64,000 bases of DNA from Rhizodiscina lignyota (lineage: Eukaryota): positions 2,170,001 through 2,234,000 of the forward strand of contig ML978125.1 in the NCBI GenBank assembly GCA_010015805.1. Direction: 5' to 3'. Every line of letters starts with the position of its first letter. The first letter of the stretch is position 1. The notes beneath the pieces were generated by a model. It worked only from the letters and a program-made list of their open reading frames with translations, made no database searches and was not told the DNA's origin. Positions 25,571 through 36,540 of the stretch are shown here, in pieces. A program made the translations under genes and the position numbers.

Positions 25571-26099
25571 CGGCGCCTAGCATTATCCTCTTTTTGCCTG
25601 GCCTACGAAATACCTCAATTATCATGCCGCTCAGCCATGGCGCGATGGTTGATATCGAATCTCTGTTAGTCGGAGAGCTACGAGCTCGGCCGCACTCTAG
25701 ACGCCGGTGTGGCTTGAAAAAAGGCGTCAGGAACGAACTGTCGCGGTCGGCGCAGTGAACGACTGCGATCCCTCGCAGAAGGGTATCGTGCAGTTATTTT
25801 GCCACAAGTAGGCAACTCACTCACGTTATCCAGCTGTAACTACATCTGGCGCTGCTTAGTTGCCAGCCGCGCTGGCTCGCGGACTCTCAACACCGAGCGT
25901 TTTGTCATCAGTGGGAAACTCTCCTTCGGCGATATCGTCCAATGAGAATCGGCATTAGTCCTCGCGAAATCCCCCCGGGATAGGCGACCATAGGCACGCA
26001 ACCTCTCGAAACTCCTTTGTGTACTTGCGTTGGCAATGGAACCGGCACAATGCAACACGGTATGTACGAATCACGGAGGAAATTAGTTCAATGGTAGGC

Positions 26100-26110
26100 A
26101 TATATATAAA
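26100..26110 (+). promoter_or_regulatory. Probable TATA box of the MDR reductase gene
   Basis: atatatataaa about 150 bp upstream of ATG 26258, followed by a pyrimidine-rich leader. Confidence 0.55.
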
Positions 26111-26257
26111 TCACAGCATTCAGACAGATCATCAAGCCATCATCTACGAGTGAACATTCTACTCTATTCAGAAGCTCTCAATCTCCAGCATTTTCATTCT
26201 TAAAACTTCCAAGTCTCGCTCTTCTCAGCTTTGTCAAAGTCTTCCGCCTCCTTAATC

Positions 26258-27292
26258 ATGTCGAACCGTCAAGCAGTCATCCCCGAAGCCACAGGCGCCA
26301 TCGTCGTTCGAGATGTGCCAACGTATGTCCCTGGAGAAGGGGAGATACTGGTCAAGAACCATATCACAGCATCAATTCCTCTCGAAGCTAAGCTTCAGAA
26401 ATTTGCATTCATGCCTCTGGCATACCCAGCCGACACTGGTATTGCTTTCGCGGGCACGGTCGAGGAAGTCGGTCCCGGCGTCACGAGATTCAAGAAAGGA
26501 GATCGAGTTGCGGTAGCAAGAGCGATGTACCTTTTCGGAGATTCAAGGACGGGGGCGAACCAACGTCTTGTGATTGCAAAGGAGCCAACGGCGGCACACA
26601 TTGGGCCAGACGGTGACTTCGCAGAGGCAGCATCTGCCATCAGCAATCTTGCCACTACTGTTCCGGCGATCAGCATCGTCGCCGGACTGGATCGCCCTTC
26701 GAAGTCTCCAAATCCTGCAAACAAGGACACCAAAGTCCTTGTCTATGGCGGTTCATCCCAGCTTGGACGACTTACCATTCAGTATCTCCAACAAGCTGGG
26801 TACACTGTTATCACCACATCCTCGCCAGCGAACAGAGACGACGTCGTTGCTCTTAATCCAGAATACGTTACAAACCATTCCGCTAATCCCAATGAAGTCA
26901 CGGCAGACCTCATTGCTCATGGCCCATATGCTGTCGTCTTCGACGCGGTGAGCCTGCCGCCAACGCAGGCTATCCTTGGTCCGGTTATGCTAGAGAACAA
27001 GAAGCATGGCAAGACAAATGTTGTCCTCGCGACTGGGCCAGCCGAAACTGCGCCGGAGGGCGTTGAATTCCGCTTTGAATCGTTCTCTGTGCTTCTGCAG
27101 ATGGAGGAAAAGAATGCGGACGTGAACAAGTGGTTCTTTGAGGAGTATGTGCCCGGTGTCTTTGACGGGACTTTTAAACTGGCACCGACACGGCTGGAGA
27201 ATGTACCTGGTGGTCTGAACGCGTTCCAGGGCATCCTGGACAGAATCCTGGGTGTGAGCGGGATCAAGCTGGTGTATAATCCCTGGGAATAA
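26258..27292 (+). CDS. MDR-superfamily (GroES-like + Rossmann) enoyl/quinone reductase-like oxidoreductase
   Basis: Motifs GEILVKN, GIAFAGTVEEVGPGVTRFKKGDRV, NAD(P)-binding VLVYGGSSQLG and C-terminal GVSGIKLV. Intronless; catalytic Zn cysteines not evident. Confidence 0.9.
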   Translation: MSNRQAVIPEATGAIVVRDVPTYVPGEGEILVKNHITASIPLEAKLQKFAFMPLAYPADTGIAFAGTVEEVGPGVTRFKKGDRVAVARAMYLFGDSRTGANQRLVIAKEPTAAHIGPDGDFAEAASAISNLATTVPAISIVAGLDRPSKSPNPANKDTKVLVYGGSSQLGRLTIQYLQQAGYTVITTSSPANRDDVVALNPEYVTNHSANPNEVTADLIAHGPYAVVFDAVSLPPTQAILGPVMLENKKHGKTNVVLATGPAETAPEGVEFRFESFSVLLQMEEKNADVNKWFFEEYVPGVFDGTFKLAPTRLENVPGGLNAFQGILDRILGVSGIKLVYNPWE

Positions 27293-27370
27293 TGAAAGCC
27301 AGCGTCGTAATATGCGGCGAGTGAATGGCTGGAGGATGACCAAAAAGTTGTCACTTAGCTACGATACCTG

Positions 27371-27526
27371 CAACTGTTGAAATACAAAGTCACTACGGTA
27401 ATGATAGATTAAGTTTATTGAAGCTGTACACCCTCCATAGACGGTGCCTGAAGTACATCACCCTAAGCTTTCAGTAATGCTCTCGTCTGAGCGGAAGAGC
27501 AAAACTGATGTTTCCTGCACAGGCCG
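27371..27526 (+). repeat. Dispersed repeat family, copy F (3' segment, most degenerate)
   Basis: taatgatagattaagtttattgaagctg...aagctttcagtaatgctctcgtctgagcggaagagcaaaactg aligns with 30030-30150 and 38288-38410. Confidence 0.7.
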
Positions 27527-27537
27527 ACGATTCTAGC

Positions 27538-28172
27538 CTACCTCTTCAACCTCCTGCTCGTCAATGACTGCCAGAGTGTCGATCTGGGTAATTCAGGCGT
27601 CCTCACTTTTCCATCTTCTACCACCTCCACCGAATGTCCCAACCTCAAATGGTTATGGACTTGCTCTTCCATGAGCTGCAGCAAGTCGCCAAGCGCTTCA
27701 ACTCGTGTCTCGCGCAACTGCTCGCTCAACAACAAGGTGCTTGGACGCTTCAGGTATCGTCCCAGCGCCTTCTTCCATGTTCCACGGTAGAAGAGTATGG
27801 CGTAGAACCGCGGATTGGAACTGCTTGATGATGCAGAGTCCGACCTGGAGCTGTCACCGGCTACCGCCGCCGGCGTGACTATAGACGGTCCTTCTCCAGC
27901 ATTATTATCATCGCCGTGAGAAGGTGTGGAATCGGTCAATCGCTCCTTGCCTTTGTGAGAGGGCTTTTGTCGTGGAGGGTCTATGCGGTTGCTCTCCGGA
28001 GCAGCCGGTGTGCTGATACAGATGTCGCTCGTTTGAAGCTGGGGAAAGAGTATTCTGATGTTGACTGCGGGTGCATTGGTTAGTGTATAGACTGTAAATG
28101 GTCGGAGTTTAACATCTCACTCTTGATCTGTTTATAGATAAAGCGGATCTGCTCCGCTTCCTCCAAGTCCAT
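27538..28172 (-). CDS. Hypothetical protein (orphan paralogue P1)
   Basis: ATG 28172 (MDLEEAEQIRFIYKQIK). Intron 28065..28120 (GTGAGA...CTAAC...CAG) joins in frame to the 27538..27939 ORF. Confidence 0.7.
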
Positions 28173-28494
28173 GCGATGAATCGGTTCAGAAAGTGCTTCT
28201 GGTGTCAGTTACAGTGAAAATACCCTTGAACATATATCTCTCTATATAAGTTGTCCCAATTTATATTTGTGTGTGCCTTCGCTGGGTAGAAAATAGGTTG
28301 ATTGTTCTGAGTCTATTTGCTACGTCTTAATTGCTGGGAGCGATTCCCTGGTTGTTGCCCAATAATCAAACCACTCAGCCTGACCACATTATCGAATTGC
28401 TATATCTAGAAAGCTAAACAAAGAAAGTCTCTCATCCATCGCTCTAGTACTGAACTACGATTCAAGCTTAGCAATATCGGCTCTCTTGAAATCT

Positions 28495-29498
28495 TCATCT
28501 TTGTGAGCCGTCCGACGGCCTCACATCCTCCATGCCGTCGCCAGAAGCTTCAGATTCGGCTGGACTCTGTGACTGGCGCACCGACAGAGGCCGCGATTGA
28601 GTAGGTATCTGCGACTGATGCAACTGCGGTGTTTCGGGGTCCATACCTGTTTGTGACTGGTGCAATGGAGGTGACCATCGTTGAGTTGGAGATCCGTAGG
28701 CTGCGGTGTCCGGAAGGTCAGCTGATTGAGTTGCAAGAGGCTGCGTCGTTTCTGTAACGAACGATTGCTGTGTACCTGTCGCGCCTCCCGTACCATACTG
28801 AGCCGAAGATGAGATTGGAGGTTTGGTGTTTGAACCGACTGCGGAGGTCCCTTTTTGCAACGATTCCGCTTTGTCTTTCTTCAGAGACGTCTCAACTTTA
28901 CCAGGGTCCTTGAAGCTACCGCCCCTTGAGCTACCTGGCGAAATGTTTTTCTTAGAATTCACGTGTCTCCAAGTCTTCTGGAGCAACTGCCAAAGTGCAT
29001 CCTTGGCATTATCGCACTGCTCTGGCCCATTCAAGACTGTCTCGTATCGGAGTATCAGGTCATCGTCCGCTATCTGCGCATCCTGTTCTCTCTCGTCATA
29101 TCCAAGGAGATCCTCTGTATCATAGACAAATGCGAAGAATTTGGGCGGCTCCTGCGAAGACAACGCATCTACCGAAGGAGAATGCATCCCAACTGCAACG
29201 CGGAGTTTCCGCGCGGCTGGATACATCGGTTTGGAGGGTTTGGATACGTGGTGTTGTCCTGGGTTGATTCGCTGATCCTATCCTGCGATGATTGGGCGGC
29301 ATTGTCTTGAGAGGGTTGGGCGGGAGGGCTTCTGGTCAATAAATCCGTGAAAGATTTACCAGTCTTTGCGAGAAACTCTTCAGCGTATAACTTTCTTGGG
29401 GTAAGATATGTTGTATTGTCAATGATCTGCATTACAAGCGACTTGTATTCGCCGCTGCTCAAAAGCTTGCGCAGGTCTCTGTCCACTTCGTCCGACAT
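28495..29498 (-). CDS. Hypothetical protein (orphan paralogue P2); junction between its two ORFs unresolved
   Basis: Two overlapping minus-strand ORFs (29169..29498 and 28495..29226) in different frames. They need an intron (candidate donor GTAAAT at ~29359) or a frameshift to join. Shares motifs with P1. Confidence 0.55.
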
Positions 29499-30007
29499 CC
29501 TGCTGGTGAAAGTAGAAGTCCAGATCTATGCGTGTCTGCCCAGGAAAGCATCTCGTATGACGGGGTGACATCTGGTTGCTAAATAGTTACCTATTTGTTT
29601 GCTGGTTGAGTGATGCGAATAAAGATCGGACTCGCAAACATTGGGATTTGACTTATTGCTTCAGAGACAATGTTTTGAACGTGACAAGACAAACGAATAT
29701 GGGGGTCCGACGATGAGATGGCTCCTGTCCGCGGCTGAGTGGTGCATCGCTGTGAAATTCTTCGGATGTCCATCTGATCGTGCCTCAATCGTAAAACTTA
29801 CCACCACTACTTTCAAAGGTCATGGGAGGCTTCCATGAGTGTCGTTCGAAGTAGCATCAAGTGGACGAAGCGACATCGTGAACTGCTTGAGAGAGCCGGG
29901 ATGATTCGAGCAAACTTTGGAGTCCTACGACGAGCAGTTATTCTGACTGTCACCTTCGCCGCCCAAGTGGGGGACAGAATAGTTGACTCGTGGCTGCGCA
30001 ATGTCGA

Positions 30008-30200
30008 CCCGTGAAGATGTATATCCCTAGTAGTGAATGTAGATTATGCACACTGAAGCTGTGTGTTTTGGATAAATGCGCTCCGGTGTAGATTCAATCA
30101 AGCTTTTAGAGATGCTCTCGCTCGTGCTGAAGAACAAGACTGGTTCTTACTCGAGCCGTTCAGTTAAGCGGACTCAACGATTTTGTCATGCGCGTGGCCG
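30008..30200 (+). repeat. Dispersed repeat family, copy G (3' segment)
   Basis: agattatgcacactgaagctg...agagatgctctcgctcgtgctgaagaacaagac...cggactcaac aligns with 38295-38430. Confidence 0.85.
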
Positions 30201-32005
30201 CCATTGCAGCGAGAAGCGACGACAAAATATGAGAGTGCCAAGCATTGAATGGTCATAAGAGCGAAGACATGAAACAATTCAAGGACAGGAAAACAGAGCG
30301 TTTGAAAAGATGATCGAAGCGAAGAATCTTTCATCGAAAGTCGCCAGTCCAAGATCGCTCGCCAGGGTCGCCTAAAGATGCACATTCCATGATGCGAAAT
30401 AAGGGTCCATTCTCGACTAAGGGACCTAATGCAATAGCCTCCGGGCGGCCTCGAACACTGCACGTGTTCGGTACGGCACGACGAACCGAGGATGTTCGTA
30501 AGAAGTGGGTACATCCTATTTGAGTTCCATCGCGAGGTGAGATCGTTGATTGCCTCCGGCCGAGAACCATAATAAAAGGGGAAACTCTGATAGGTACCGG
30601 AGTTGATATGAGCCATAGCCGCGAGAAGATTGAATTTGAAGGATTTACGGGTAGGGATCGTCTTCATAATTTGAACTGGGCCGTGGAAGACTGATAATAG
30701 AGGACTATGGAGGATTCAAAGAGGTCCAATTGCTATCCAACCGTATCGCCAATATAGGTGACTGCCGGGTTCCTCTGTTGGAACGCTGCGAACGTCTGAG
30801 GTTCATTGAGGTGCCCCGGACTTGGCCAGAAGAATCGGTACCTGCCATAAGATGGGGTGGTAATGCTGTGATTCCGTCTCCCGTTGGATTGTTGGACAAC
30901 GGCAGATGCCAATCTGGCATAAGGTCCGTGCAGCGAACGTAGTCCGGTCTAGCTATGCTATCCGCTATGCAAGAGGTTCCGAACTCGAGTGGGATTACGC
31001 TCGTTGATCTTGATAGGGCAAGTAGAAAAGGACGCCACATATGGCGCTTGCATGTCTAGTAATTATTCCTGGCCGGATGAGGGAACTTTCGTCTGCTCCT
31101 GTACTTGTTAGCGAATGATCGTTGTGTCGTCTCCGTATAGCTGCAGATTAAAATGAAGAGTTGTTGAAAATCCGATAGTAAATCTCTAGACACATTTAGC
31201 ATACTTTGCCGACTCTCGCGCTAGTCGCTAAGGGTCTATGAATTTGCTACACCATGGTAGTCAGACCAACTGTCCAAGGTCGGATTGTGTTCCTAGCTTT
31301 CATTCACAGGCCTGGAGATCAAATCCGGGGTCGCTTTCGGCGGCGTTGCAGCCGTATCTCAGGTGTCAGCAATGGCAAAGATTAGAATCCATAAATACTG
31401 TTGCGGGTCAGAAGCAGCTGCGAAGCTGAGGTGCAGAGAGCCTGATAGGGTGGCGTCCCCACGCGGACAGACATGGATTGACAGCTTGAAACTGTCGCAC
31501 CGCCGCGGGCACGGTCAGTGGCACCGCTGCTTTGGAGGCCGCCGGGCGGAAGTAGAGTGGAAGGCGAGTGGGCGAGTAACGTAATGCTTTGATATGTTGC
31601 CCCATTCGTTGCGTAAAAGGGTGCCTAATCGCGTGTGAGAACAGCCTTGCCAGAGCAGTTCAACAATCTCATAGTAGTGGGAGCGAATTTTCGTGCTTCT
31701 CCACCGCGCTCCGCAATGGCGACAGAACTTTTGGTGGTCCGTGGAAAGGTACGTAGCATCAGGGACCTCTTTGCGATGCTAGTGTCGGTCAGGCAGACGA
31801 TCAGCTCTAGGCTAAGGGTCTTGATTTCATGCCTGGGTAATGCTTCAGCAGTCTTGGTCTCGAGTGTTGTAGCAATTCGTCGTGGCCACCCGTCAGCGAC
31901 CTTGGACGTTGGATGGCGGCGGCTGAGATCTGGTCTAAGCTCGAGCGATCGGGAGCCTTCCCTATATGGGCATGTAGGCGAGGCCTGTGAGAGTCTTGTC
32001 TGGAC

Positions 32006-32333
32006 AACGTGCTCTCAGAGGGGCCGGTCATTGGTTTAAATAGTCACCGAAGATCAAGGCCTTGGCAGGGCATTCCGAGATGCTGTGAGAAAAATATCTG
32101 CAGCGGAACCCTAGGGACCTTTCTTCTCGCCGCCGAGTCGCGTGCTTTCATGGTTGTCTCTGCTGTACTCTATCGTAGCGTGGCGGAGCACAGCCCATCT
32201 TACCTTTTGCAATCCAACACAATCCATTCGGCATATCTCCTCGGCCACCGGCCTTCGAGAACGCAAAGCAGAGGCTTCCACGACCTTGAACTTGCCTTAC
32301 CGGCATGGTCGGGGTTGCCCGTTTAACGTGCTC
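32006..32333. promoter_or_regulatory. Two Pho4/NUC-1-type bHLH sites upstream of PHO84
   Basis: Identical AACGTGCTC (reverse complement GAGCACGTT) at 32006-32014 and 32325-32333; TATATAT at ~32542. Confidence 0.5.
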
Positions 32334-32701
32334 ATTGGTGAAGATGTTGGTGTGAGAGCTAGACGCTACCTTTGCACGTCCCCTTTGATCACCTTCCTTC
32401 CCTGCGACTCCACCGAAGGCGAGCGCTTTGATAATTTCTTTTCAACGAGATCATGCTGGGGGGCGTTGTGGGCATGGCCTGCGTCTGCCTGATCCGAGCC
32501 ATCGTTCAGATGGTTACACCCGCGCTAACGCGGACCTATTCTATATATCTTCACCCTATTGCCCTTGCGTGAAACACTGTCCCCCACCTGCTCTCTGCAG
32601 TAGTAAAACCAACACACTCCTTCATCAAGGACCCTTCCAGGTTACTCTGCCATCGACAAGCATCACGAGTAAGGTCAACAGCATCGAAAACTCCAGCAGA
32701 G

Positions 32702-34541
32702 ATGGCGATGCGAACAGCTGGAGGCAACTCTGCCTTCCACAATTTCCACAACGACTACGTGCGTCTCCATGAGTCAGTGATGTGATTGAATTATCATTGA
32801 CATTTCATCTAGGCTCACATCGCGGACCCCAATGAGCGTCGACGACTTGCTCTTGCGGAAGTCGACAAAGCTCCTTTTGGCTGGTATCATATAAGAGCCA
32901 TCATTGTTGCTGGCATTGGTTTCTTCACCGATGCCTACGACATCTTCGCCATCGGTCTCGTCACCGCTATGTTGGGTGTCGTCTACTGGCACGACAACCC
33001 GAACCCGAAGAAGGCGGGTACGATCCCAGATAGCTCAGATACGGCTATCAAAGTCGCAACATCTGGTGGTACGGTTATTGGTCAAATCGGCTTCGGTATC
33101 CTCGCAGATATAGTTGGCCGTAAGAAGATGTATGGTCTCGAGCTCATCCTCATCATCTTTGCCACTCTCGCTCAAGCTCTTTCCTCGGATTCGTGGGCGA
33201 TCTCCATCACTGGCATCATCGTAAGTTCCCCTGACATGACCCGGCCCGAGGGAACCAACTCCTAACGCACTACAGATCTTCTGGCGTGTCATTATGGGCG
33301 TCGGTATTGGCGGCGACTACCCTCTTTCTTCCATCATTACCTCTGAGTTCGCTACCACCAGGTGGCGTGGTGCCATGATGGGCGCCGTCTTCGCCATGCA
33401 GGGTGTCGGCCAGTTTGCCGCTGGTATCATCGCTCTGATCGTTGTGGCTGGCTTCAAGAACTCCCTTTCCACTGCCGCTACTGTCGCTGAGTGTGATGGC
33501 GTTTGTGGTGTTGCTGTGGATAAGATGTGGAGGGTTATCATTGGTTTCGGTGCGGTACCAGGCGTCATGGCCCTCTACTACCGCCTGACTATTCCCGAGA
33601 CTCCCCGCTACACCTTCGATGTTGCCCGTGATATCGTCAAGGGCGGCTCGGATGTCAAGGCTTACATGTCCGGTATTCACCAAGGTATTCCCGATGAGAT
33701 CAGCCGTGCCCAGGCCCTGAGGGACCAAGCTCCTCAACTTGATATCCCCAAGGCCGGATGGCGCGACTTTTGGGACCACTACAGCCAGTGGAAGTATGGC
33801 AAGATTCTGCTCGGCACTGCTGGTTCCTGGTTCTTCCTCGATGTTGCTTTCTACGGTCTTGGTCTGAACAACGCGGTCATTCTCCAGGCTATCGGCTACT
33901 CTGGTGGTTCCAACGTCTACGAGACCTTCTACAACACTGCTGTCGGCAATATCATCATCGTTTGCGCTGGTGCTATCCCTGGATACTGGGTCACAGTCGC
34001 AACCGTCGACACCATCGGCCGCAAACCTATCCAGATTGCTGGCTTCACCATCCTCACCATCCTGTTCTGCGTCATCGGTTTCGCATACCACGAGATCGGC
34101 ACCAATGGCCTCCTCGCTCTCTACGTCGTCGCTCAGTTCTTCTTCAATTTCGGCCCCAACGCCACCACTTTCATTGTCCCTGGCGAGTGCTTCCCCACCC
34201 GCTACAGATCCACTTCCCACGGTATCTCCGCCGCAACTGGTAAGGTCGGCGCCATCATCGCTCAGGTCCTCATCGGTCCTCTCCGTACTCGCGGCGCCGT
34301 CGCTGGCGCCAAGGGCGCAGCCGCCTCCCCTTGGATCAACCACGTCATGGAGATCTACGCCCTCTTCATGTTCTGCGGTATTTTTACTTCTCTACTCATC
34401 CCAGAAACCAAGCTCAAGACGCTCGAGCAGCTCGCTGGCGAGGTCCCGGGCACGCCTGAGTACGACCCTGTCCTCTCCAGGCACAACGTCGTGCCAAAGC
34501 ACGATTCACCCGAGCCGCGAACGCCGGAGAAGTTTGTCTAA
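32702..34541 (+). CDS. PHO84: High-affinity phosphate:H+ symporter (MFS, PHS family)
   Basis: Motifs NERRRLALAEVD, AGIGFFTDAYDIF, GIGGDYPLSSIITSE, RLTIPETPRY and FNFGPNATTFIVPGECFPTRYRST. Introns 32759..32812 and 33221..33275; strong C-ending codon bias. Confidence 0.96.
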
Positions 34542-35195
34542 TTCTGTAGTAATACTGCTTTCCTTTGTTGCATGATTGCATGGATGGTTGCATGGTAGCA
34601 TGGTGCGATTCCAGTTTCCTGGGTTGTTAGATCGCGGTGCCATAGTTTGCGAGGTCCTAAAAGGGATGGGATATGGGCTGTGCTATATTTTTGCTCTCGT
34701 TCACGGACGATGGTTTATACCTAGAGGTTTAATCAATGCATAAATCCAAATTAATTATTGCCATGATGATTTACTCTACTTCTCCCAAATATATGAAACA
34801 GCCCCTATTTTATATTTCCGATTATTTCCGGCCTTAGAGTAGTGGGGGATTTACGCTAGTCCGTTTACGTCGGAATATCTCAACTTTGGTATGAAATCTT
34901 CAGCTTCATCTCCAACTTCTCCTCCTCAGTAATAGAACATTTCCCTCATATCTTAGACATCGTCTCTTTTGCACAGATTTTGCAGATATATTGCGATGTA
35001 ATGTACTAATGAAGCACTCTCCTGGACGATCCCAAGCTTGAACAATGACTACATTACTCCACCAGCCTCACCTTAAATGTGCAAGCCCTTGAAGGGTACC
35101 TTGACATTCTAGAGCAGTCCTCTAGAGAAATCGAGTAGTGCAGTACTTCAGCATCAAATGCTACTTGTTATTTTTCTTAGGGACACTATTTGCAT

Positions 35196-35994
35196 CTACC
35201 ATGGTAGTTCATATCCCTCGCGGTGCCAAAATCTCCCAGTATCTTCGATCCCTTTGCTCATCAGAACTCTCCATAGCTTACTTGCGGCTTCATCCGGCTC
35301 CACCGTTTCCGGATTTCTGGGCCCTCCTCCCCTCTGAAGGAGATTGGTGTTGACGAAGCCTGGATGCATGATGACCACTACGACGTTCTTGTCCTTTAAC
35401 TCAATAGACAGGTTTTTGCAGAACTGGTTCAGTGCAGTCTTGGAGGCGCGGTATGCGTAATTGCCGCCGCTGCTGTTGTCGGCAATGGAACCCACACGAC
35501 TGGACATCATCCCTATCCGCGGGCTTTTTGATTTGAGCAGATTCGGGAGCAGAGCTTGAGTTAGGAGTAAAGGCCCGAACGTATTGACACGGAATGTTTT
35601 CTCGCACGCTTGCATGTCGATACTTTCGAGGTTGTCTTTCTCTGGTCCAACCATGATGCCTGCGACCGTCAGATGGGGGGTTAGTTCGCGGTTGGAAATA
35701 CTGACGGACCTGCGATATTCAAAAGCAGATCCACAGTCTGTCCTTGGAGCTGCTCGGCGAATTGCTTAATGGATGATTCCGACGCTACGTCTAATTGAAA
35801 GGCCGCTTTAGAACCCAGGCTCTTGATCTTGTCTCCAATGTTCACATCTGCGGCAAAAACATCATAGCCCTGTACGTAGTGTTACTGTGAGGATGAACGG
35901 CCCACCGTGTTGGAGATGATACCTCGCCCACTAAAATCTGCGCAAAGGCATGGCCAATGCCTGAGTTCGCACCTGTTACAACAGCAGTTGGCAT
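35196..35994 (-). CDS. Short-chain dehydrogenase/reductase (C-factor/CsgA-like subgroup)
   Basis: Motifs MPTAVVTGANSGIG, LLLNIAG, MSSRVGS, catalytic YRASK and HPG. Introns 35870..35922 and 35660..35709. Confidence 0.92.
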
Positions 35995-36170
35995 TTTCAC
36001 GGAATTCTTGAAATTAATGATTTATCTTTGCTACCCCTCTCCCCCTTTATATCCTGGAGCACGTTACTCTCCGAATGACGTGTTGCTTTGTAATAGCCAA
36101 GTAACGTCAAAGACATCGAACAGAGGCATGCCTAGATAGTCCTTGATACTAATTCTATCTAGAGATTATG

Positions 36171-36363
36171 CGAAAGAGCCAGTTTCTTGTGAGCGTATGA
36201 GACCTGCAACAGCATCTCTTTTCCGCAATAACGAGATGCAAATCTTCTACGGCAGGTCTAGTAAGCTACTCTCTGAAATCCCTAAATGTAAAGCCACTAA
36301 TATGCGGAAGGTTCTCGGAAGTACTGAAAGGCAACTTAATATAGTGACTCCGCAGAGTATTCG
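36171..36363 (+). repeat. Dispersed repeat family, copy B (5' segment)
   Basis: cgaaagagccagtttcttgtgagcgtatgagacctgcaac...agtaagctactctctga...gtactgaaaggcaacttaatatagtgactccgcaga aligns across the full length of copy A. Confidence 0.85.
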
Positions 36364-36540
36364 AATATGAGATGGTATGGTATGGCGCGCAGTTCCGATG
36401 TGTCCCTTCCATATTCGACGCGCAGCTTCCACACTCATGGTCCCTGCCCAAACCCAAATTAGACTTCGATCTTAGATCTTCTAATCTCTTCTCAACTTCC
36501 TTTTCTCTCTTGTCACTCTCTCCGTATCATCTCTCGTACC

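Noticed and set aside
30164..32500. ORFs of 100-167 aa in the PHO84 upstream region
   Set aside because: No coding-like composition, motifs or splice pattern; they overlap on both strands like chance ORFs.
33270..34343. 357-aa antisense ORF over PHO84, plus the 223-aa alternate-frame ORF 33904..34575
   Set aside because: Expected shadow of strong C-ending codon bias in a highly expressed gene; no recognisable domain.
36143..36370. 75-aa ORF spanning repeat copy B
   Set aside because: It starts at TTG, and the same frame is interrupted in the other repeat copies.
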